A stretch of DNA of 55,775 nt from Phoronis australis. Taxonomy: Eukaryota; Animalia; Phoronida. The translations under genes were made by a program, and so were the position numbers. Where the stretch lies: NCBI GenBank assembly GCA_002633005.1, contig NMRA01000440.1:275891-331665 (forward strand), in the 5' to 3' direction. Below, piece by piece: positions 26,201-55,775 of this stretch (its first letter is position 1; each line of letters begins with the position of its first letter). The notes beneath the pieces were generated by a model. The model did no database searches. It saw only the letters and a list, made by a program, of their open reading frames with translations, and had not been told where the DNA came from.

Positions 26201-27390
26201 GGGTTTGCTAAGTTAGTCTGACTGAAAACTCTCGCCCAGTCTCCCCGATGTATACAGACTCACAGTTTAGGCACAGAATGCGATAAATACACTGGCATTT
26301 CTTATCATCACTTATTCTGTCTTTGGGATGAACTAAGGTGTTCCTGATGGTTACTATGCCATATTGGATGAACAACATATTCGATGTTCACTTTCAATTC
26401 AGAAATTGAAAAAATTTGCGCATCACTATGCTGGCAACTATACCGAGAAATCATGGTACAAACCTATCTTCTGGTGTTTTGTTTGTTGATCCATATCCTA
26501 TGCGTAAAAGATATGCTGGGGCTAGACCTTTTCCGCGGGGAGGGAGTTCATTTGAACCCCCTGAACCCCCCAGCTCCGGGCATGGTTGATCCAGTCTATA
26601 ACGCATTGTTTGTCAGTTCTTGGTGAGCAGACTTGCGGTTGATCCAGTCTCACCGTCTCTTGACTAGACTACCTTGTGTTTGTCTACACAAATCCCAATG
26701 TACCCTATGTGCACGCGCATGCATGTGTGTACTGTCTGTTGAAAAGTTACATGACATATGTAAACAACGCTGTCAAAAGGATTATGATGAGCTGATGTTA
26801 AGTGATTATCTTTAACTTGTATATTTCATTGTAGATGTCATTCAGGAGTAGTTGTAAGTGCTGCACATCATTACAGTAACACAAGATATTTTTATAAGTC
26901 ACTACTAGTGCAGTATGGGGCATGCTACCAGATAGGGAACACTCTGTGTAGGGTTTAATGAACTGCACATACGTTAAATCACCTCAGCTAGCTTCTCAAC
27001 ATGGAGGCAATCATTTCAGCCGGAAGTGAATGCTTCATTGAACCCAAAACATTTGACCTATCGCAACCTCTGCCCATTGTGTAATGTTGACTAACAAACA
27101 ATAAGTTTTACCCGACAACGTGTTGTTTGTCTGGTAAAATGGCGGCTTGGAGACAAAGGTGTGTCGAGAATGCTGGGTTCTAAATGATCAGTTAAGCCGT
27201 AACTCAAAATCCTGGCGATAGGTCAATTTTAGAGTTACTATAGAGCATGTTGTGTTGAGCAGGCCATAATTTTGGTTGTTGTTAACATCTTCTTGATGCT
27301 TTTTCCACAGTAGCAAGGAATAGAGGTGCACCCCATCAGCCCCCTCCACAGCCTCCCCCCGGTGCACCCCCACCACCGCCCCCCAGATAG
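17109..27390 (+). CDS. WIPF1: WAS/WASL-interacting protein (WIP/verprolin family), spliced gene: join(17109-17298,23374-23544,24034-24895,25272-25373,27311-27390)
   Basis: N-terminal polyproline, WH2 motif GRSALLGAIQKGAKLKKVQTNDRSAP, second motif LGGLFAGGMPKLR, Pro-rich middle and C-terminal WASP-binding motif DFESRFQFH..DFPPPE..KKYPSK. All introns are GT-AG and phase 1. The symbol is family-level (invertebrate co-orthologue of WIPF1-3). Confidence 0.93.
17743..17880. repeat. Minisatellite, 28 bp x5
   Basis: Unit aggttgagccatgtaagtatatcaatat. Confidence 0.95.
19005..19115. repeat. Minisatellite, 35 bp x3
   Basis: Unit catagttatgagtatgcaaatgcatatttaaagtt. Confidence 0.85.
23374..23544 (+). 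CDS. WIPF1: WIP exon (Gly-rich linker + LGGLFAGGMPKLR motif)
   Basis: Acceptor gatttcag ends 23373, donor G|GTAAGG at 23545, phase 1/1, conserved WIP motif. Confidence 0.9.
24034..24895 (+). CDS. WIPF1: WIP large proline-rich exon (contains N gap 24359-24435)
   Basis: Acceptor ctctattccag ends 24033. Pro-rich ORFs lie on both sides of the gap. Donor G|GTACGC at 24896, phase 1. Confidence 0.85.
25272..25373 (+). CDS. WIPF1: WIP exon encoding WASP/N-WASP EVH1-binding domain
   Basis: Acceptor tttattttcag. Translates (D)FESRFQFHVIADFPPPESFIKSPKKYPSKSPSN. Donor G|GTGAGT at 25374. Confidence 0.92.
25875..25918 (-). ncRNA. Minimal type I hammerhead-ribozyme-like motif (core substitution, probably a relic)
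   Basis: aacuu-CGGAAGA-u-gguu(loop)agcc-GAAA-cuGUC-aaggu, directly 3' of the Penelope GIY-YIG ORF. Confidence 0.5.
25875..26351 (-). mobile_element. Degenerate Penelope-like retroelement 3' fragment (GIY-YIG endonuclease) in WIP intron
   Basis: Minus strand reads RNTLVHPKDR..CIYRILCLNCESVYIGETGR, then SAVTDHALGFNHVINWDD..RRIKESIWLRK..NREG. Stops and frameshifts are present. Confidence 0.8.
27311..27390 (+). CDS. WIPF1: WIP terminal coding exon
   Basis: Acceptor ttttccacag ends 27310. Translates (V)ARNRGAPHQPPPQPPPGAPPPPPR, stop TAG at 27388-27390. Confidence 0.85.
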
Positions 27391-27512
27391 GACTAAAGGA
27401 GCCAGCTAATATGGAAAGCTGCTGGAAATGGTTAGTTGCCATGGACATTGTTACCAAGTAACCGTCAAAAGACAGCTGCTACAGTTGTTAAGTGGGAAAC
27501 GAGCAGCAGAAC

Positions 27513-27667
27513 CAAGTAATGTGTTAGGCTGCCAGGCCTGTTCATTGCTAATCAAGTAATGTGTTAGGCTGGCAGGCCTGTTCATTGCTAATCAAGTAAT
27601 GTGTTAGGCTGCCAGGCCAGTTCATTGCTAATCAAGTAATGTGTTAGGCTGCCAGGCCAGTTCATTG
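27513..27667. repeat. Minisatellite, 40 bp x4 (WIP 3' UTR)
   Basis: Unit caagtaatgtgttaggctgccaggcctgttcattgctaat. Confidence 0.93.
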
Positions 27668-28728
27668 ATCAGATGTGGAAGAGTGGAGACGGAGTGAAGA
27701 ATGTCGTGCGAGATAGTGACTCGTTTGGGGTGAAACAATGATGGCATGTAACTGTGTTGCAGCACTGATGTGTGTGAACTAGGCTGGAGCAGAAATCCTG
27801 TGCTAGAGATTCATAATTCATAATTGATATTCCTGAAATGCAAAGCTGTGATGAAAGCACAGATAATAATGTAACACAGGTGCGTGTTGACTTGTCATGC
27901 AGCGTCTCCTTAACACTTTGAGTTATATACTGCTGACTGTACACCTATTTATAACTTCATGGAGGATGTCTGTAGTGGCTAGGTGACAGTTAATGCAACA
28001 TAATGTGATAATGATCAAGCTGGGAGGTCATGTTTTATTGAGCTGAGGTCATAACTTGGTAACGGTGATCAGGGAAACTTCATTAAGGTTGTGATGCATT
28101 GAAATTTGAACTGAATCATGTCAACGTTATTTTATAAGAAACCTTCGAATCAAAGCAAGTTGAGTAATTCTTGTGGAATTATGAAACTATTGTCTAATGA
28201 TCAGTTTTCTAAGTTTCAGGAAACATTTGCAATTCTAGAAAATGCTGCAACATTGTAATTATCATCTTAGTTGTGGTCACTTTAATGCTTACCTAGGTGT
28301 ATAGTTTTGAAATTTAAGTTTTGAAATTTAAGTTATTGTATCTTCATTTTAATCCCTAACATAATACTGCTGTAGCTATTTTAAACAAATTTTCTAATTT
28401 TGTTTCGGTCATGTTTTAATATGCTAGACTACAGCATAAGACTAGACACAGAGCTGATGACATCTGCATGCTGTATTGTTACTTTGCTGTGTCATTTGAT
28501 CTTGGTTTCATTATTAAGTGCGATGTATTTCGACTTGTGCTTTTACCTTGCACTACGTGGAATATATGAAGCTAGTTAGAAAGCTGAACATGGGGCTTGT
28601 GGAACACTCTACCTGCCAAACTAAACTTGTATGGTCTCTCTATGCTTATTAATTGCTTATGATTCGAAGCATGACTTGCATCTTCATATGCTGTATTTTG
28701 ATGCCTTTATTGTCACATTGTCAATCTT

Positions 28729-28944
28729 ACCCCACATGTCGGTGATAAGGGTATAGCACCCAGTACTAGCCACCCCACATGTCGGTGATAAGGGTATAGC
28801 ACCCAGTACTAGCCACCCCACATGTCGGTGATAAGGGTATAGCACCCAGTACTAGCCACCCCACATGTCGGTGATAAGGGTATAGCACCCAGTACTAGCC
28901 ACCCCACATGTCGGTGATAAGGGTATAGCACCCAGTACTAGCCA
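28729..28944. repeat. Minisatellite, 43 bp x5, identical units
   Basis: Unit ccccacatgtcggtgataagggtatagcacccagtactagcca. Confidence 0.95.
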
Positions 28945-30016
28945 TATTTATTCCATTTCTCTCCGTTGAGGTAATCATTTCACCAAGATGTACGGAATAC
29001 TTTCACTCGTGTACATATGTATATACACAATGACAGACGTTGGGACATTCCAGCCATAGACTGTGTTGGCGTGGCATAATTGAAATAACTGGAGGGAATC
29101 CCCAGCAGTGCTGGACTCAAATTGACTTATTCATTTTGTCAGTTTTGTGCAACTTTTTCTTTGAAGACGTTTTTACATAATCTTGTCTAAGTGCATCAAA
29201 ACAAGCCCTGTTCACAACATTCCCTCTGTTACAATGCCCCCAAGCCAACTGCACTGTACTACCTCCGTTATAATGCTCCCAAGCCAACTGCACTGTACAC
29301 AAGTTGATTTGGTTTCTGTGAACTTCAATTCAAATGAAAGTTTTAGAGAAGACACTTGAAGGTTTGCTGTAATGAAACTTGGCTGTGGTTTTTGAATTCC
29401 GGCGCTTCATGAAGTTATAGTGTACATTCAACAGAAATGCAACACATTTTGTCGTTGGTTGCTGGATAATATATTATTAAAATTTATTAGCAGAACAAAT
29501 TGTTTCATTATATAATTAAGCTGGGAACTATGACCCTTTTAAAGTTTCTGTCTTGATTTCTCACCCTCTGCAGGGATACGTAACCAGTTGTGTCAAGTTT
29601 TTATCAATTTATATTTCTGTGTGGTTTGTCTTGGCATTCTCTGGGCTGACTTTTTCAGCACATCTCTTGGAATTGTCTAGCGTACTATTTTCCCAGGTCT
29701 TGCATTGGTCTGGGTTTGGTATGTGCATTGGCACCCTGCTCCCCTTCTTTTTAAAAGAAACAATCCCCATTTGGATGAACTGTCACTTTTATGGTGTTCT
29801 GGAATCAATTAACAAAAAAATTATGGTCTCTACTGACCCATGCAACGAAGTGTGAGTACAGCAACTTGTATTACGGTATGTGGCCACAGCAGTCTATGTG
29901 TTGGTTTGTTGTGAAGGTAAATTGTTTTATCACTGGCTATACATAATGAAGTGGTTGTTTCATTGTTAATACATGTAATTATAGTTTATTCAACATGGCT
30001 TGCAATTGATCATGTT

Positions 30017-30022
30017 AATAAA
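30017..30022 (+). terminator. Candidate poly(A) signal AATAAA for WIP
   Basis: AATAAA at the end of a T/G-rich stretch about 2.6 kb after the stop codon. Confidence 0.45.
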
Positions 30023-30076
30023 AATTGTCTTAATGGAAAATTGGAATGCAGAACTCATAGAGTTGATTGGTAGCAC

Positions 30077-30082
30077 TTTATT
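30077..30082 (-). terminator. Candidate distal poly(A) signal for ABCC4
   Basis: TTTATT on + strand (a second copy at 30102-30107), where strand composition flips. Confidence 0.35.
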
Positions 30083-31792
30083 ACATAAATCATGAGCACC
30101 ATTTATTTTAACATCATATTGAACATTATAAAATGTCATTACTGTCCACAGTTCCAACATGCATTAACCAGTTGAGTTTACTTACAACTTTGCATCTAAT
30201 TGATATTCAGTTTGCTGTGCACTCAAATATGCCACTTTGGTAAATGCTCTAGAATATTTTGACATTTTAATACTCTGTGCCAACCTCATAATGTTCAGAA
30301 ATTGCCACATTAAATGTCCTCGTATTGGCCGTAAAATGTCACCAATTTAGGACACACCATGGCTGACGTGAAATTTTATTTTCATTTCTTCATCCATGAT
30401 GCGTAGCACGAAAATAAAACTTTGTCATAATCAAGTTCTGTACACCCACAAAAACGTTGGAGGCCTTTGAAAAATGGACAAGTTAACTTTTTGACATTTA
30501 TTTGGCCTGAAATGGGTGTAATTTTACTGTTACGTCGATTAGTTAAAATATACTTGTCTAAATATCAAAGACTAAAAAACCTAAGAGTTGGTGTTAGCTC
30601 TAATTTCCAATCCGTTAAACATAGCATTACAGGGGACCATTTCAAGAAAACTGAATGACCTAAGACGAATCTTAAATTTCAGCCAATTTTAAGATGATAC
30701 AAATTTGTCGGGTCTGTATTAAGAAAGAAATCTCAAGTTTGACTTGAGTTTTGTCTTAATTTTGACTATTTACCCTATGTGAAAGCTTATGGGAAAGGGC
30801 CCTGGTCTAAATCTGCAGAATCATTGAACAATGACCTACCTGCTACATCACAAAACAAAATAAAACAACTCTACTGTCTAGTCCTGGTAAGAAACTATCT
30901 TCAGTTGAATAAAAATAAAGCTAAAACCTAAACGTGCAATGGTACATTCCTAACTGAAAAAACAACGGACCTTTTGGTGTTGCCAACGACACAAGTGTTG
31001 ACATGTGCCCAAAACTGGTGTTGCCAACACGTGCATCTTAAAGTGGGCAACCTCAAGCTAGAAAGGGAACCACAGCTTAGTCCAAAAATCAATTGAGAAA
31101 GAGAAAAAACATAAAAATTTGTCACTATGGGACCCCATGGTAGTTCATCCCGTTTGAATGGCAGTATTTAATCTCTTTTCAACAGGAACACGTCTGCCAA
31201 ATTTCACTATTCATTGAGCGATTTCATGGATAGAAAGGCAAACGTCAAAAAAGGGGTGCAGAATATGTCGCATACATCCAAAATTGGGAAAATGTCCCAT
31301 CAGCTTCACAAATATCCTTTAAGGGGTTTTGGAGATACAGCAGCGGATGGCTGACCCCCACACGGCAATATGCACCTATATATGTAAATGTAAGTCATAG
31401 TAAATAGATGAAATTGTGCAATAAGTTTTACTTACGCTGTTGCGTTATTAAAGTCTCTTCTTTAACAATATTCAGATTCAAGGCCATGTGACTGTTTTGA
31501 AACTAAAATGACATCCAATGACTTGTTAAAAAGGTGACAATGGTTGCTACTAAAATTATAGAAAATTACCAACATCATAGTAAATTCTGTTGAGCTTGTT
31601 AAGGGAACTGTCACATGGAGGAAGTGGTCACTGCGCTCTTGAAAATGGGAGGAAATAAAGGCACACAATGTGAGGAGCACGTCATGTACACAGCTACATT
31701 CCAAGCCAATTTTTGTCTAAGTTAACCATTTCTGCCGTTTTATCATGATGTTATAAGATCGACTCGCATATTTTTGGGGGATATGGGCTTAA

Positions 31793-32382
31793 CCCTTATC
31801 CTGCGCTAGGCGAGGTCAGCCGACATGCCAATTATCATATTAAAATGCGTTGGGTGTACTCAATCGACTATAATAAGTTACAGCTGGGCTGCGCTAGGAG
31901 AGTGCACTCACCCCAGGACACTTGTGATTTTCATTCAGAAATTGTAAGAGCCCTGGAATGTTGTTTAGATATGTGACCATGAGCATTCCATACTTCACAA
32001 CTTCCTCTACTGTTCTCCAATTTAAACAATATGGCTGTGATTACTAGTTTGGGAGATATTGGCAGGTTTATGTAAGTGTAGACACATAGTTTCATTAGAT
32101 GGCTGGAGCCATACGGGAGAGGATGACAGTGGATCAGTTTACTTTCACCAAGGCTATGATAAAGACTTATATATGGTTAAATTCTCCATTAAATTCTGCA
32201 CAAGTTTTGTGTTGACTCCTTTTCTGTTAATTTAATATTTCCCCTTCAAATTTCCAATTTAAAATTGTTAGGTCATTTGTCTAGGTGACCTCCACAACAG
32301 CTTAGTGTAAAGCAGTAGTGGTGACCTACTTAGCTCAGCACACAGGGAAAGTAATCTGAATAGAGGCTCAGCAGGATAAGGG
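31793..32382. mobile_element. Non-autonomous piggyBac-like element (590 bp)
   Basis: TTAA|CCCTTATCCTGC ... GCAGGATAAGGG|TTAA, i.e. a perfect 12-bp TIR with TTAA target duplication. Confidence 0.8.
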
Positions 32383-33183
32383 TTAAGTACTTTACTGGAG
32401 GCAACTAACTAACAAATCACAAGATTATTTTCAACTGGGAATATTTGAAACACAACTCTTTAGTGTTGTGAAAGCAAAAAAGCATGATTTACTTAACTCA
32501 TTTTTTGCGAGTAAGATGGAAAATTTGACAAGGCAGAAAAGTAATGTCTTTTATTCAGTCTTATTCTGAGAAGGTGGGCATTTTTTTGTATCTCATCATA
32601 CAACAGTGGCAATTTGACAACATGATATGACCGCAAACAACTTGTAACAGTCATGCCGGGAAATGTGACTCCACAAGAAAGATGTCAATCAATAACTGTG
32701 TGACATCTAGCAACAAACCTATTTCATTTTGTTACTGCAATGTCGGATACTGACAATTTCACACACTACACGACATAAAACTCTTCATCAACAGTATTTC
32801 TCCCGGTTTTGGACAGCCTCCCCCAACGACATAAAACACATGAATTTTTGTTCTCCAAAGAGTGTATACACTACATAGCACAGATATTCTTTTTTTCAAT
32901 TAGCAGCAAATCCATGCATATCACGGACAAACTATTTAGTTCTACCTAATCAGGATCTTGGAAAATCAACAGATGGTGCTAAAACACCAGTCCTACCTAG
33001 GTGCAGAAATGCAAACATTGAAATCAAGTGGGACCTTTACCCCAATACTACATACTGGAGAGTGCTACATACTGGAGACCAGCTTCCTAAAGATAAAATA
33101 AGATCCCTTCTTCATAAGCAATAACTAGAGAACATGTCATTCGTAATCAACGAATCAATTTAAAGCTGTTCCAACCTCATATA

Positions 33184-52771
<19,588 letters not shown>

Positions 52772-52899
52772 CTGCAAGCAGAAGACGTCTACATTGGAAG
52801 AACAGTGAAGTTATACTGTTGATATTCCTAAATATTCAATATGTTGAGTCAAATTAGAGAAAAATCTAATAATGTAATGAATGAAATCAAAGTAATGGG

Positions 52900-54518
52900 A
52901 ACAAGAACAACGCGGAGCGCTGACATGTGCTCACAACAGCACCGCAAATGGTGTGCTTTTATAGGTGTTGTCAGTATCACAAAAATATGGCCATTAGATG
53001 GCGAGAATGTGTCAAACCTGTCCGAATTGAGAAGGTGGCCCCGTCTGTGTAATACACAACTGTTTGCAAAATTTCATGAAAATAAGCCAAGGAACTTCTA
53101 AGATCTAGAGGCAAACATAAAAAGTTGACACTAGGGGGCACAGCTATAGTCCAATTGGTCTGAAACTACTCGTCATCTGTCGCCATCTCAATAAAAGCCC
53201 ATTTGCCAAATTTCGCAAAAAACCTTCAAAGGATTAAGCAGATACTGCGATAAAGGTAAAAATCAAAATTGCCCCTAAGTGGCACCAGAATAGTTGAAAA
53301 CATCCGAAAATCAATGATAGTCAAGGTCTTTGTATCAGGAACACAACCGTCAATTTTCGCAATAATCCTCTGAGTGGTTTGGCAGATAGAGAGACAAAAA
53401 AAAATTAAAACAAAAACCTTTAAATGATCACCAGGTGGCACAGAAAGCATCAAATCTGTCCCGAAATGGAAGAAGTTGTAGTCTCCTTAATAGAAACCTA
53501 TTAACCAAATTTTATGAAAATACAATAATGAACTTCGAAGAAACAGCGTAAAAAACATTTTGCCACCAGGGAGCACAGTGCTACTTGGACCAGTTCAACA
53601 CTTGTTACTGTTTGTCGACAACTCCATAAAAACAAAGCTTTCAAATTTCACAAACCTCCTTCAAAGGGCTAAAGAGATTCAGATGAAAAAAAAATTGCCA
53701 CCAGGGGACGACACAGAAGTCAGACCCGTCTTAAAGTTAACGTCAGTCGTGGTCTTCTCATCAGGAACACATTCAGTAAATTTTCATAATGATCCTTGGA
53801 GCATTATGGTAGACTGAGGCGGATGCCAGAAAACGTAGACGAGAAAAACACAAAAATGGCCAAAAGATGGTGTAAAATCCGCTGAATCTGTCCCAAAAAT
53901 GGAATGGCACCACCGCCTCTATATTAAAAACATATTGGCCTAATGTCATGAAAATCCACCAAGGAACTCCGAAGATACAGAGCAAAACGCAGGAAAACAA
54001 TTGCCATTAAAGGGCATACCAATTGTTGGATTGGTCAGAAGCTTGTCGTCATCTGTTGTCAGCTCCATATAAACACATCTGCCAAACATCACCAAGTTCT
54101 TGCCAAGGGTTAAGGAAATATAGAGTAGTGGAAATCGTCAAATGGTTTGGCACACAGAGAGGCGGACTCAAAAAACTGACTTGAAAATTTCTAGAAAAGG
54201 CCACTGGGTGGCACAGCATTGTCAAAGCCATCTGAAAATAGACAAGTGTCGTCATCTACTTAAAAGAAACCTATTTGCCAAATTTCATGAAAATCCATCC
54301 AAGAATCCCAAAAATACAAACTGTAAAAATAAAATTGCCACTAGGGGGCACATCGGAAGTGGATTGATCCCAAATTCGCGGCAATCCATCGTCATCTTCA
54401 TATGAACACATCTGTCACATCTCATTGAGATCCCATAGAAGGCAACTGAGGATGACGAACACCTAGACAGATATGACGACAATATGAACTCACACATAAA
54501 TATGTGGGCGCATAAAAA
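52900..54518. mobile_element. Non-autonomous element with degenerate internal tandem units (Helentron/HINE-like)
   Basis: Begins AACAAGAACAACGC and ends with hairpin CACATA-AA-TATGTG then GGCGCATAAAAA. Recurring internal motifs ccaaatttcatgaaaatc and gccactagggggca. Confidence 0.6.
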
Positions 54519-55775
54519 TGTTATGAATATTCACACAAATCAAAATAAAGGTATACAAAAATTCGTACGCATTCAAACAAATTTTAAAAATATTTAAAAC
54601 CATTCAAACCAAATGAAAGAAATGTAATAAAACATCAAATTGATCAAAAGTTCATGAACCTTCCTGAATATTCAATTTCAACACCTTGGATAGACGTTAA
54701 TCACTTAGGCTTAGATACCCTCCCTTAATAAAACAAAAAGAAACTTGTTTTAATCAATTTCACGGAATATTCAGGACATTTGCACAACACAACAACTTAA
54801 AGACTAAATGTGAAGATTTAATTCATAAATTGAGATATTTGACATTTTGTATTAACACAGTGTTTACTCAAATCTATTCGTAAAATGTAGAGAAATATTA
54901 CAACGGATGCATATTTAATGGGAGACACACATTTTATAACTCTAACTCAAAATACAAATTTAACAGCTCTCTATATATTCTCGCTTGCTAAAGGAGCTTT
55001 AAACGTGACATCTGCATTATCCAAACATATACACCTATGACACAACTAGTAAGGTGGTATAACTACAAACAGGTAGTGATGTAATTTTGACATTAAAACA
55101 AGACTGTTGAAAGCTTTCCTGTTGTACTCCTGGTTGTACGATTTATAAAGAATCATATTACACTGGGACGGTGTTTCTCACTTTCCTGAAGGATCCAGCA
55201 GTGCTCCAAAAATGGCTGGAAAATATCTGACACGGAAATTTGCCTGTAAATTCAACCTATGACAAAGTAAAAAAAATTCTCCAAGCAGTGACTCTGACAA
55301 GTCAGACTATAATCCAACTGAACGTCAGCACTCTGGAATAGCTTATGGAGGATTGAGAATTTCCAAGGATTATCCTATCTTTTTTCTCAAACAATGTATT
55401 AGACTATCGATCCCATGAAGTTTTTGTTAACTTTGATATCCATGTATACGTTCGGAGCCAAGAGCATTATTATTAACGAGAAGGCCAAACATGATGAGTG
55501 GCAAGATTGGACCAATAAATCAAACGTAAAATTGGGAGTCTTGACTAGGTAAATTTCTTGCGCGGCCACATTTTGTGCCCTCAAGGGAATATGCCAGTGC
55601 TATTCAATATGGCGTACACCATATGCTTATTCCCTCAGATATTTTTGTTCTAACAACATTGTCAGCTTTTCTAAGGGCCATTCTACTGTTTAATAATTTT
55701 CCTTTTCTCTCTTGTTTTCTTGCTTGTGCTGGAGATTTATGGTTGCAGGAAAGCTTGAAGGTCAGATCAACATAC

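Noticed and set aside
28729-28944. Regular identical repeats resembling a CRISPR array (also 38651-38813, 17743-17880)
   Set aside because: Units are head-to-tail with no unique spacers, there are no cas genes, and the context is eukaryotic.

Overview
This is an AT-rich, repeat-rich metazoan (probably invertebrate) genomic window from a draft assembly, with N gaps at 15727-15878, 24359-24435 and 47018-48004. It contains two convergent intron-containing genes. On the + strand is a WIP/verprolin-family gene (WASP-interacting protein) with coding exons at 17109-27390 and a likely non-coding first exon ending at 11338. On the - strand is the 3' two-thirds of an ABCC4/MRP4-type ABC transporter, with 15 phase-compatible exons at 33184-52771; one NBD1-distal exon is probably lost in the 47 kb gap and the 5' part lies beyond the window. 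Introns and intergenic DNA hold a truncated Ty3/gypsy retrotransposon (short LTR, tRNA-Leu PBS, gag-PR), a solo LTR, and a Penelope-like GIY-YIG relic followed by a minimal hammerhead-like motif. They also hold piggyBac-, hAT- and Transib-like MITEs, a 2-kb foldback element, two Helentron/HINE-like elements and about 20 unrelated minisatellites. I do not see a clearly novel multi-gene system. The most noteworthy signals are a MITE and a solo LTR sharing one GAGAC target site, the hammerhead relic, and two frame-preserving candidate cassette exons in WIP intron 2.
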